A DNA stretch of 58,463 bases, filler included, from Sphacelaria rigidula (Eukaryota): NCBI GenBank assembly GCA_964200075.2. It is 6 parts of 6 records of this genome, joined end to end, with 100 filler letters (N's around TTAATTAATTAA, not from the genome) between each part and the next. Parts side by side here need not be neighbours in the genome. Positions count along the whole stretch, not along the records: positions 39,044 to 48,703 come from CAXNAA020008013.1; positions 48,804 to 58,463 come from CAXNAA020008014.1; 4 more parts are not named here. One strand, written 5' to 3'. Positions 42,911 through 54,900 of this stretch are shown here, in pieces (position 1 is the first letter of the stretch; every line of letters starts with the position of its first letter). The translations under genes and the position numbers were made by a program. The notes under the pieces are model-generated. The model saw nothing but the letters and a program-made list of their open reading frames with translations, was not told where the DNA came from and made no database searches.

Positions 42911-43821
42911 CGTGTAGCTGTGTATTGACAGTATGTGGTATTTTCACGCTTCACGTGGCAGAACTGGGTCATGATTCAGGACTGATGAGAGACAGGAGTA
43001 TTTTTCTGCCCGGTTCAAGGGCTGGCCTTGCTCCAAGACAAAGTACGTTTTGCTACTCGAGTCAAGTTTTGGATTTGCTTGGCGAAATAAGAGCGATTTG
43101 CTTGCTCTGGGCAGCAAGCAGCCCTCTGTGAAGCACCCCTATGTCACGTGTTTCTGATGGTAGCGCTGGGGTGGCGTGTCACCTGCTTGTTCTTGTACGT
43201 TTCACGTAGTCTTGATCACGTCTTCCACGCTTGTGGTGTCGTGTGGGCTGCGAGACTCTTCCTACCGTACAAATAACGTACAGGTAACGCCACCACTTGA
43301 GAAATTACCACTTGACCATTGGACAGCGAGAGTAGGTCATCTGTTGAATGGGCGTTCATTCCACTCGAAAAAAGTATGCGTGATTGAGATGGACTACCCT
43401 CGCGGGCTAATGCCTTCTCTCCGCAATTCATTTTTCGATCGAAAAAGTGCGATAAAAACAAGAATTCCGATCTGATAGATTCTGATTTGAACACAAATGA
43501 CGATAGCTGAAATCACGGCCCATCAGATCGGAAATTTCCTTTTTCAATGGGCACAGTTTCGATAGAAAAGTGGTGTTTCAAGACACACGCCCTGAGAGTT
43601 CAGGAACTTGAGCTCGAAAAATTCAAAATATAAAACCATGTGCACAGATTGCGACGCTGGTAAGACTATTTATACTAAATCCTGTATATCCGCTGTTTGT
43701 TGCCCTACAAGGGGAAACTAAATACGAGCCTCGTGCAAAATCAATGATGTTTGAGCGGTGGCGCCTCCTACAGTATTGTTGGCATTGAAATAGCAGCCCT
43801 GTATTTATGGACCGCACGCAC

Positions 43822-44205
43822 AGCCGGTCGCCGCGGTGGCTCAGTTGGTATCCTCGTAACCGTCTGACGGTTGGGTCGTGGGTTCGAATCTTGGTGAAGT
43901 CACACGATTTGGCGCTTTTGCTCACAGCATGCCCAACAGTGGAGAGCGACTATGTCGTGGATACACAAAAATAGCTTCATGATCCACGAGGGAAAGGGAT
44001 CGTTGAATCCCTCTCGCGATAAAAAGGAACGCAAGCACCGCACAAGGAAGGTGGGGTACTAAAACAAACTAAATAAGAAAACAATCCTGTGTTGGCCTCT
44101 CTCCTGTGTGATCCCGGCTGATGCGCTCACATATACCGAAAGGTGTAGACTGTCGTGCAGAATAGACAGAATTACAACATACAACACAACACAACACACA
44201 CGCAC
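43822..44205 (+). mobile_element. tRNA-derived SINE family A, full-length copy
   Basis: Head with A-box (GGTGGCTCAGTTGG) and B-box (GGTTCGAATC), ~290-nt body, (CA)-rich tail. CACGCACA occurs on both flanks (candidate TSD). About 11 copies in the window. Confidence 0.85.
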
Positions 44206-45959
44206 AGGGTTATATCGCAGGATAATTTGCCGCAACATGTACTGCCGACGGTTGACAGGTTCGGCACCTCAAGTCCCCGCGTTTGATCGGCGAGGGAAAG
44301 GTGCCAGTTGATCGTGTGTTGTACTGTTGCGGCCGAGGCCTATAACCAGGGCTCGGTTGGGACTTTGGTAGCTGCGTCGCAGCTGGATAGATTTCTCGTA
44401 TTCAGGGGAACGGTGTCAACCAGTGGACCTTCCGTCTGTTTTTTCTTTTTTCTTTTTTCCTTGACGGAAGGAGGAAATCCAACCCAACACTTACCCCACG
44501 AGCGACTACCCGAAAACTCGGCTAGACCACCTCGCGGCAGTCATGTGGGGAAGGCACCTCGAGCGGTGACTCAGGGTAGTATGGGGGATGCTCCCGCTAA
44601 AACCCCCCATCAACTTTGCGTTGTGCACGCGCCGCCCTGCTCTTCGGAGCTTCGGCCGCAGATCTCCCGTCTGTATGCATGTCTGTCTGCATATTGCGCG
44701 TTGGAAAAGAGCATGTGCACCGAAATCGGGACTTGAGGATATTCCCATGCTCGATTCGAGTAAAAAACGCGAGGATATATGTGCGTTTCATTTTACTTAA
44801 TCATTTCATGGTTAGGACGGATCATCACGGGTTGGAATCACCAAATCCACGATTTCTTCGTCCTGATTGCCCAAAAGGGAGAAAAAAGTTGAGCGCTGGT
44901 TCAAGGGGTATCCACGCAACTTTTGCGCCATTGCACGTGTCTGGGCTGCGTGTACCTGGGTTGCAACGCTGAAAACGAAGCCTAGGGATTGATTCGTACA
45001 ATTCGAATCAATTACACTGAAGCCAAGTAATTTCCAGACTAATCATTTATTTGTCCGACCCTTGAATCATTTGGCTCGGAGCCTCATCTCTGAACAGTAG
45101 ATGAGCCGGCAGTCCTGTAGGTGGAGAGGACAAGAGGTGTGCCTCCTGAGGGGAGGGTGCGTGTGTGAGGAAGGATCCACGGAAGAGTTCAAGTCGCGGG
45201 CGGGATAGTTGTAGACCGATGAACAGCATGACTATATAACTGTACGAATCTGGAAGGAACTGACGGTCTTCCGGGGTGCAGGAGAAGCTAACGATAAAGA
45301 GTGACCACTTGGGCTATTCAAATGCACAAAAACAAAGGGGCGATGTGTGCAGCTTTCACTGCCATCCCCTGCCTTGCTTGTTCAGTGTTCGAACAACCGC
45401 TGTAACTGCAGATAGTGGATCACTCACTGATTGCGGTTGTTCAAACGCTGAAGTAGTTTCGCCTGTGTGCAGCCGAAATGCTGGCGGGTATCGGTACCAC
45501 ATTTTGTAGCCGTTTTTATTCTTTAGAAGTGCAATGAATGTGTAACAACCAATCACTCGATTACTGTCATGTGCACATACGTACCTATACTCTACTCTAT
45601 GATGCGATGCGATGCGATGCGATACGGTACGACACTGTTTTGTATTCTACTGGCTGCATTGGAGAGCTTGTGTTCTGCGCTGTGCATCGCCGGAGCACTC
45701 TCAAGGGAGCAGGACTGTCTCGGCGTAACCAGAAAGTATATGTTAACGTACAATGCTTTGCCCCGTTCTGTTTCTCACGGAATCGGTACTAGATCTATCT
45801 CGGGGTCTTCTTGTTTCCGCCCCTCCCTTCCCTCTCCTTCTGTCCACGCTCCCCCCCCCCCTTTTACCCCTCTTTCTCCATTGAACGCTGTTATATCTTC
45901 CTTCCTTTGTCTTTCCCTCTCCCGAGTCACCTTCAGCGAGTGCTCTTGTGTCATTTCCT

Positions 45960-46281
45960 TAATTTTTTATTTTCTTGTCACACGTTGAACCCTTCCCTTC
46001 CTCGGGACGAATCGGTGTTCTCCACGGATCAACCAATCTCCCCTCCAGTACACGCCTTGCATTTTGGTCTCCCAGATTTGGATCATGACTAATACTCCCG
46101 CACGGCGTCAACTCTCGCCGAACAAACTCCGTCGACTACCTTTTGTTTACTCACGTTTTCACGCTTTCGACGGTGGAAAAACCAGATCCTCACGAAAAAA
46201 AAAACCCGAACGCATCGGGAATCGAACCCCCGTTCTCTCCACTCTAATGGTGACAGGCGGACCGATAGACCACCGGGGCGC
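45960..46281 (-). mobile_element. tRNA-headed SINE family B
   Basis: Head (rc) CGCCCCGGTGGTCTATCGG...GGGGTTCGATTCCC. The body motif CACGCCTTGCATTT.GGTCTC is shared with 23925-24170 and 24990-25085. Confidence 0.65.
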
Positions 46282-46437
46282 TTTCTAGATACGGCTTATC
46301 TGGTTACCCCGAGTTGTTTCCCCGGATATTTGTCAATGTGCGACAATCAATCGAGCAATCAAGCAATCAAATTGCAGCAGTACCGTAGCGGTAGCTGAGC
46401 ATACACCTCTCACAGAGCATGGACGTACTCTTGATAA

Positions 46438-46708
46438 CCCTTTGGGAACCCATTGACGCCTTTTGTTTTTGTGAATCGGCTCTGTGATTAACACGTCCAG
46501 TACCACCGTTTCCATTGGGGTGGTCACCGCTGGTGGCAATCTTGCGAATGCCGAGGAGCTTGTAGAGTGCATCGGAGAGGTCGGAACAAAATTGCTGACC
46601 ATTGTCGGAGAGCAGTCTTTTCGGGCGACCATGGTGCTTGACTTGAAAATGACTGAAAATAATGCCGATTACCAAGAACAAAATTATCGTCAATGGGTTC
46701 CAAAAGGG
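46438..46708. mobile_element. piggyBac-like non-autonomous element carrying a Ty3/gypsy integrase fragment
   Basis: ATAA|CCCTTTGGGAACCCATTGACG ... CGTCAATGGGTTCCAAAAGGG|TTAA (21-bp TIR, 1 mismatch). Inside, on the minus strand: HGRPKRLLSDNGQQFCSDLSDALYKLLGIRKIATSGDHPNGNGGTGRVNH (rve core). Confidence 0.8.
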
Positions 46709-47183
46709 TTAATAGACGGCAAAGACGTGATCTGTCTGTGAAGAACTTGCCGCGACGCTAGGGATTCCAGCTCACAATTTTCCATGCGTTCGCCCTCGTA
46801 TCCTCACGCTCATAGAGTAAGGCTTGCTGTGTCAGCGATTGTGACCCCAATGAAACGTCACCAAAATGTATTACTCTGGAACTCCCAAGGCGGAAAGCTG
46901 AAGCGTCGGCGATTTGGCGAATATTTTCAGAATTCAGGCAGAGATATATGTTTCGTTTTGTTTTCGAGAAAACATAAACGCATGCTGTACGCTCAAAACA
47001 TGGAGATGCGGCCGGAAGGAAGCTGGCCGAAATACAAGTCTCCTCACCAGTATGTGCGTTCGTTTGCCGCTGAGATGAGGTTTGAACCGGGCGAGAACCG
47101 CACATGTGCTTGCTGTAAAAATGTGCGTAAAACGAAAGCAGATCACCCATATGTATATATATATATATATATATACATATCGA

Positions 47184-47500
47184 TGATCTGATTTCGGTGT
47201 GTGTGAATGGGGTGCTTTGTTCACTACAGATAAAATATGTTTGCTGCCGTTGGTGTGCAGTGAAAAAATCAATGTTGTTCCATATACATGTGCATCAAAG
47301 ATTGGATATTACTATCTCTGAACGGGGTGCTTTGTTCACTACAGATTGAATTTGTCTGCTCCTGTTGGTGTGCGGGAAAAAATCAATGTCGTTCCACATA
47401 TATGTGCATCAAAGATCTGATCTTACCATCTCTGAACGGGGTGCTCTGTTCGCTACATATCAAATAGTGTCGTTGTGTACAGTGAACTCATCATTGTCGT
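47184..47500. repeat. ~115-bp tandem repeat, about 2.7 copies
   Basis: TGAAxGGGGTGCTTTGTTCACTACAGAT recurs at ~47204, 47319 and 47433. Confidence 0.85.
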
Positions 47501-48936
47501 TCTATCGTGCGCACTCAAAACAGTAAAAAACTCCCTCCAAATTTACTCGGGGCCACAACGTTTTTTGGTTGTCAAAGGAGCCGCCACATCCGAGTAGTCT
47601 GATGAGTACAATCAAAACCGATGAGGGCTGAACGGTGCGGATTCGAATGTCGGTAGACGCATGTGTCTATTTCTAGTTTCTGAGAGGTACCTGGTTTCTG
47701 TTGATGGAAAGCCGGGGACGCAAATGCTAGGGAACGCTTGCTTGATGACAGCAGCAAAAACAAAAATTGCTCGGCGACAGTTGACGCGGCGCTGACGTGC
47801 TGATTCAGTCCGCGATACCAAAATCTGAAGCTGGTTATTTTGCTTGGCTTTTCCTTTTCTGCATTTTTTTTTTTTCTCGGACTGTTTTGTTTTCTTCGTT
47901 TTTCGTCTTCTTTAGCGAGTGTGTCCGTTTTGCTTATCTTGGGTAGGTCTATCTGATGGCCACGGCTGACTCCCTCGGGAATCAGTTAACGTGCAACGAT
48001 CAACCAATCAAGGCGTGCAACGGGAGGGCGGGGGGAGGGGAGGGGTTACTCATGGTCTCTTGCATGCCATAGTCATAAGACCATTGATCTCGCATCCCTA
48101 CAAAGCCCGGGGGGAGGGGGGGGTTACTCATTTGTTGCTTACCTTGGTTGTTTCACCATTGACCACGCATCCCTTTCTAGACGGAGCGCCTCTCTTACTC
48201 CCAAGAGAGACACCTCCAACATTTGGGCCTTTGACGTATCTTATCCCTCTCCTGCTACGCCGTCTGTGCCTACCATCTATCTCCTAGTTTAGAGACCGTT
48301 TCCTCTCTAGTGGCTTATGTATCAAACAATTTCATGCCACCTTCGTTGACTTCGTACAATTCCCCCTCTGGCACGTCCCGTTCTTCCTTGTTCCGGGGGG
48401 AAGATGGGACACTCTCTACGATAGCCCTCCCCCAAGACCAGCCAAAAGTGTCACCAAGAAAATAGTCATACGGCGCCTGATGTTTTGGTTCAGGCTGCAT
48501 GAAGCGCCTCATATGGGCGACATTGGCGAGAACGAACCCATGCGTGGGAATTCCTAGCTGCTCGTTGTGCTTAGCTTTTTCCATTCGATTTACGTGAAGA
48601 TTTTGCCTGCCCAAACCAGGCACTTTTTTCGGGAGGGGCGGGGGGGGGCGGGGGGGGGGGGGGTCCTCATGAGAATCCATGCCAGATGCGTGAGGGCGAA
48701 CGGNNNNNNNNNNNNNNNNNNNNNNNNNNNNNNNNNNNNNNNNNNNNTTAATTAATTAANNNNNNNNNNNNNNNNNNNNNNNNNNNNNNNNNNNNNNNNN
48801 NNNGATCATGAGTACACCCCCCGCCCTCGTCCCCCACTCCCCACCCTCCGCAGTGCTCGCCGTTCACTCTCGTCACATTGCTGACACTGACATACAAGGC
48901 ATGTGCGCGCCCACGGGCTCCATACGAGTAGCGTAC

Positions 48937-51900
48937 CTGAACGTCTTCTTCCCGCGCAGCAAAATGTACAGGTTGTCGTGAAAGTCATGGTGGAGCCCAC
49001 TACTTGATCCTTTCCCCCGACTGTTCCCCATCCACAGGTTCACATTTTGAGGTACAAGGCCTCCGGCCAGCGGCGGGCGCAGGGGAAAATCACCCTTGAG
49101 CTTATCCAGCGGCGCGCTCATGAGCTTTGGTCGTCCGCTAGCGTCCACGCCTAGATCCTGCCCACATAAGCACGCACGCACACACACATACATACACACA
49201 CAGCGAAGCTGAAAAGTATGCCTAAATTCAAATGAAATGGTCCGGACCCGTTGGTCAAAGTGCTGAAACCTCCCGTGTTGACCTTGCCCCTGTGTGATCC
49301 CGGCTGATGCACTCACATATACCAAAAGGTATAGACCGGCGTCCAGCTTAGATAGGATGACAGCACACACATACTAATTAACAAGAGAGGTGTTGTATCC
49401 GTAAATATGCTTCCAAACCGTACCGTATTTGTTTGGAACAAGGCTGGATACTCTGCCGCATCATACCAGAAAGTCCGACACACACTTTGACATGGTTTAG
49501 TATGCCAACCAACAAATGCCCACTTCCGGGTATTATGGTATTTTACTTTACAAAACGCAACGTTTAAAAAATCCAATGTGTCGAGATGTGACCATGTTTT
49601 CGTGAGAGATTGAGAGTCTAGCATTGATGAAGAGTGTGTTTTATTGAGACTAGTTAGCTGGCGTTGGGCTACAAATGTCAATGGTTGACACAATTTTACA
49701 AGTATCGTTACCCCTAACCTCAACACCAAACCCGACGCATACCGAGGACCCTCGGGCGAGGGCGGTACATACATTCCCTAGGCAAAGTGCGGCCTTGGTA
49801 GACCCCAAATCGGCGCCTGTGGCGCCGATTTCAAAGAAAACGCACTGAGCGCATGCAAGGAGCACACGGGACTGTCAGCCCTACTAAAGATCCGATTCTC
49901 GTTGTACACACTCACATCAAGTAATATTAACCATGGGCATTTGTAGCCCAACGCCGGTTAACTCTACTGCTTTCATTAGTCGCTTTAACTCGACCATTGT
50001 TTGCCATTTTGCGTGTGCTCTTCTTCGCCCGTGACACTGTTGTCGTGTGCTTATAGCTACATCAGGTCGATATCCTACTCGGGGACATCAACGGCTTCAG
50101 TGGCAAGCCACCACAGCACAGAACGCGTATCGGGCGTTACGTGAGGTCCGGAGGGTAATTTCGGAACAGGAACTATTTCATCCATCAATTGACTGCTTCT
50201 CGCTCGCAGTCGTGGCCTACACTCTCAATCTCACGAGAACACTGTTGTATACATGCGTGGATGAAGAATATTCCGAAAGCCGAGCGTTTTTCCCCCGTCG
50301 CTTAAATAAAATCTTGAGGCGCGGAATCTACCGTCAAAATCGAATAGGATTATCCTCTACGATAACCAACAATGCATACATGGAATTATATCCATCCAAT
50401 CCCCGAACAAGACTGGCTCTATATGTCATCCCCTAACGAGAGACTGTATTGTATCGTCGTCACGATACACGGCCCTCGAAAAATGGTCATTGCAACACAA
50501 GCGAGATTACAAGAGAGGGCAGTATAGCGAGTCAGTCGTGAATTTCGCCACGCGCTCCGCCTCCTCCATCTTCATTTATTCTGAGCCACTGGTGCAGGAG
50601 AGCTTTCCCCTGCCCTCCTATTTCTTCCTCCTCCCGCCCCATTTGCGGTCTCGGTGGCTTTCCGGTCTGTCCGCACCCTCGCCCACCCCCGTTTCCAAGG
50701 ACGAGAGGTACGGAGGGATCGGAAAGCCATCAAGACGACAATTGGGACGGGAGGAGGAAGAAGGAAAAATAAAATTGCGGCGGAAAGGGGGAGGGGGGGA
50801 GGGGGAGGAGGGGAAGCTCCTTCGCACCACAGGCAGAGGAAGAGATGATGGACAAGCCATATATTTTATATGTTTCTCCTTTCCTCTTGCCTCCTCCCTC
50901 TTCCTTTTGTTTTGCGTATGCTTTTTGTAGGCCTGTACTTGGATCTTACTGAATTATGAATATTGTCGCGCTGTGTGTTGCCTGGCCTTTACCTTGCCTT
51001 TGCGGCCCGCATACTGTGTAACTAACGATTTCTTCTCCGCATGTTTTCCGTTATTTTGAGTCGAGCGCATTTTTTCGCGTTCATCATCATTTTCGCTGAC
51101 GCATCCGAAGAGTTCCGTCTTGCTCGGCGCCATGTGTTCATGTTCGCGGGGCGTTTTACTTTTTATTTTTTGCACTTGCGCATCTGTTTTTGTTGTGCCA
51201 CGGCTTTCTGACCACGGGTGCTACATGTCTGGAAAAGGGCCGATGTGAGAAGCAACAAAAAAAGTGTGCTAAAAAATAAAAATTTGCTGTTTGCTGTTGC
51301 TGTTTCTGCTGCTGCTGCTTTTGTCCCAGTTTTTTTGTCAGTTCTTCGTATGTTTCCTTCGTGGTTTTCTTTTTCTTTTCTGGCCTTCGCCCATGACGTC
51401 GCGGGCAGACTTATGGCGAACATGCACGGGTCCTTGCAGCCTGCGGAGAGTCACTGGTCATTGTACTTCGAGCCATCGACATGCAGGCCGATCCACGCCG
51501 ATGTCTCGAAATGCAACAGCAAGGAACCCTCCACCCCCCCTTCACCAGCTGCAAGGGCCCGCGGGCGTCCTGCCGAAATAAGAAGAAGTCTATTCGCGAC
51601 GTGACGGGTGCTGGTACAGCGAAACACATGTACTCACTGTGCGCCACATGCAATCACGACAAAGAGGGCTGACATGCTCGTCGGTACCCGGACCCCTTTT
51701 TGAGCAGGGCCGGGGAAGCAAGAAACGGCAGAGAGAGCACCCCTCGCGAGGGCGAAGGCCCAAGGACTACTGGGCTAACGTGAGTATAGTCATATTCCTT
51801 CCGTCTTATTTCAACTTTTTTTTTCAAGTTCGACTACGAGTACTGTCTGTACTAGCGAATAACGAAACGGACGCCGCAATCTTCTTGATATTTTTTCGGG

Positions 51901-54900
51901 GCAGGGCCTTGGTTGTCCTCCTTCATTGTTCCTCGTCGTGATCTCCTAGAGCGTGAGTGAAATGGAATCTCGTCTCTTCCTCCTCTCTTTCGTCTCGCCT
52001 GCCTTCTTTAAGCTCGACCACTACATTTGCGATTACATTACTTTTCTCCAACGGTTTTCTCCAACGGGCCCCGTACTCTATTACTACAAATTCTCCAGGC
52101 CAGGGTCTTCATCGTCATCCTCAGCAGTTCCTGTCGCCATCTCCCGGAGCGAGAGTAATTTTCCGGCTTCTTCAATTCCATGTCCTCTCTTCCTCCTCTG
52201 TTTTTTTCGTCTGTGTGTGTGTGTTCTGTTGTCCTCCCATTTATTCTGGGCACCAGCCTACACCTTTCGGTATATGTGGGCGCATCAGCCGGGGTTACAC
52301 AGGAGGAAGGTCTACACAGGTGCTTTTTCTTTTTTATTTGTTTTTGATACCGCACCTTCCTTCTGCGGTGCTTGCCTTTCTTTTTTATCACGAGAGGCGT
52401 TCAGTAGTCCTTTTCCCTCGTCGACCGTTAAGTCATATTTTGTGTACCCACGACACAGCCGCTCTCCACTGTTGGGCATGGGGTGTGAAAAGATTTCAGA
52501 TCACTCCGGGAATCGAACCCCCCTACTCAACCATCAGCAGGTTACGAGGTTACCAACTGAGCCACCGGGGCGACCGACTGCCTTCAAATTTTCGAATACT
52601 TTTATTCGTGATAACTTGCGATGACAACTAATCACCACCGTACGCCGTATTTGTTTTGCCATTTTTTCCAGACAGGGTCTTCGTCGTCGCCGTCGCCCTT
52701 CGCCTTTCCTCTCGCCGTCTCCCGAAACGGGAGACATGCTCGTCCGCTCCTCACTTTATTTTCAACCCCTATCCATCCTCTCCTTGATCTTCGACTCCTG
52801 TATTTGTGAAGAACACATCACTTCTCCACCGGACGCCGTCTTTTCTGACAATTTTTCCAGGCAGGGTCGTCGTCGTCATCGTCGTCGTCCTCCTCCTCTC
52901 CTCTCGCTTTCGTCTCCCAAAGCGTGGATGCGCCTCCTCCTCCCAATATTTTTTTATCTCGTCTGTCCTTCCTCTCCTTCGCTTTCGCCTGCTCTATATC
53001 TTCGGCTCCTGCACCCACGAAGACACCGTATTTTTTCCGACAAATTTTCTAGGCAGGGTCTTCGTCTTCGCCGTTCCTGTCGCGATTCCCCAGGCATCCC
53101 CCCCCCCTCCCCCCCCTCCCGTCGTCTTCGGCGGTTACTGTCGCGATCTTCCGGAGGGCCACTTGACGTTTCTTTAGCTGTAACTGTCGGCGTGATGCTA
53201 TTCTTTTTGTTCAAGTACAGGTACAGTAGTGGTGTAAATTTTTTCACGGTTTTCCATTTCACATAACTGCTGCTTTTGTGAAATGATGGGGAGAACATAC
53301 GTATCATTGTTTGTCTCAGATCGTTGGCCGTATGTTGCGGGATCGCTACGGGAGGATATGGCCGTACTACTTTTGTACTGTAGCACGTTCACCGTATTTA
53401 CTGTTAGCGGGACTGTCCTTCAACGCCTTCACCGAGACACGTTTCTCCCGTTGCTGTTATATCGTGTAGTTACGTAGTACAGCATAAACTCCTTGGTTTT
53501 CTCTCTCTTGTTGGCGAAGCGCCCCTCTCTTTCGTGTGCGTCAAAATCATCTTCCGTCATTGCTTGCTTCTTCTTCCGCCCATGTTGTCGCTGGAATATA
53601 CGACAGCTTTACGATCTTCCCCTGAATAAAAAAATAACAAAGCAAGCCTCTATTTTGCGTTATCCATCACTTCTCAGTCTAAACGGTTCGATCCTTCGGC
53701 ACCACTTGCCACCCAAAATCTCTGTCTCCTAGCCCGATTCAAACTCACCACCTCAGCTCTCTTTCTACTGTTACAACGAGACAGACAGAGGAAAAAAAAC
53801 AGCTTTTAATCACCAACGCCGACGAATCTCGACGAATTGATATGATTGAATGCTGTGAACCAAAGAATCACTCACCCACCCATCAATCAACAGACCAATG
53901 AAACCCATAATTCATCACTATCAGTTAAACAATGAACCACATGGCCAACAAACTATCCACCAAATTACCATCAATAAATGAGGTCTCATGCGGATTTTTC
54001 TTAGTGGAGGTGCCTTCTTTTTTCGTGTAGATGTTTTGTTTCTCGCCTTCTTCTGCGGGCTGTTTGGGTTATGGGCATGAGTGGTATGCTCCTTGATCAT
54101 CATCATCATCATCATCATCATCATCTTCACAATAATAAAAATAGTTTTATATAAAAATGAATTAAAGATTGTTTGAGGGTGGGTTGGTTGGTTTTATTTT
54201 TTGAACAAGAGAAAGACAATATCAATCATAACGAATGAATGAGCCGAATGACTATAAAAAATGAATGAGCCAAATGACAATCAATCAATCAATGAAACAA
54301 ATGACCATCAATCAATCAATCAAACAAATGACCATCAATCAATCAATCAAACAAATGACCATCAATCAATCAAACAAACAAATTACTATAAAAAAGATTC
54401 ATCAACGAAATTACCATCAATGTCGCAAACAACCAACCAGTCACCATCAATTTAGTCAATTACTGTCAGTGTCTTACCGCACCGGAAAAAAAATATTTCT
54501 CTCTCATCCATCGGGGGGTGAGGTGAGAGCCTCCAGCCTCCAGCCTCTCACCTGCGTGGTAAGATACAGCAACTCGCTCCCCTTTTCCACTTCGCTAAGA
54601 AAATCGCCAAACTTCATGGGTTTCTCCTGCCCTTTCCCGAATCGTTCGCCACGGTCAGCACGCCATTCCACCTTCACCTCAGCATCGCCCGCCTGTGGTC
54701 ACCGACTGATTTAGACCGGATTGATTCATCTGACTGTCCTTTCATATTGATCACCACTGCAGTAACAATTCCATCCGCGACGAGTTTCATCGTGGCCACA
54801 TCATAAACGCTTGTCCAAGGCCATTAGACTACTAACTACACTCGTCGTATTGCATGCCGTAGTCATATGACGACCTCGCATCCGTAGAAAGCCGGTACGG

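Noticed and set aside
43822..43900. Genuine tRNA gene
   Set aside because: A/B boxes are present but there is no proper acceptor stem, and the head is attached to a repeated body and CA tail, so it is a SINE head.
44115..44160. Hammerhead ribozyme (CTGATG...GAAA) in the SINE 3' end
   Set aside because: The core reads CUGAUGC, not CUGANGA, and the GAAA is a hairpin loop that varies between copies rather than a junction strand.
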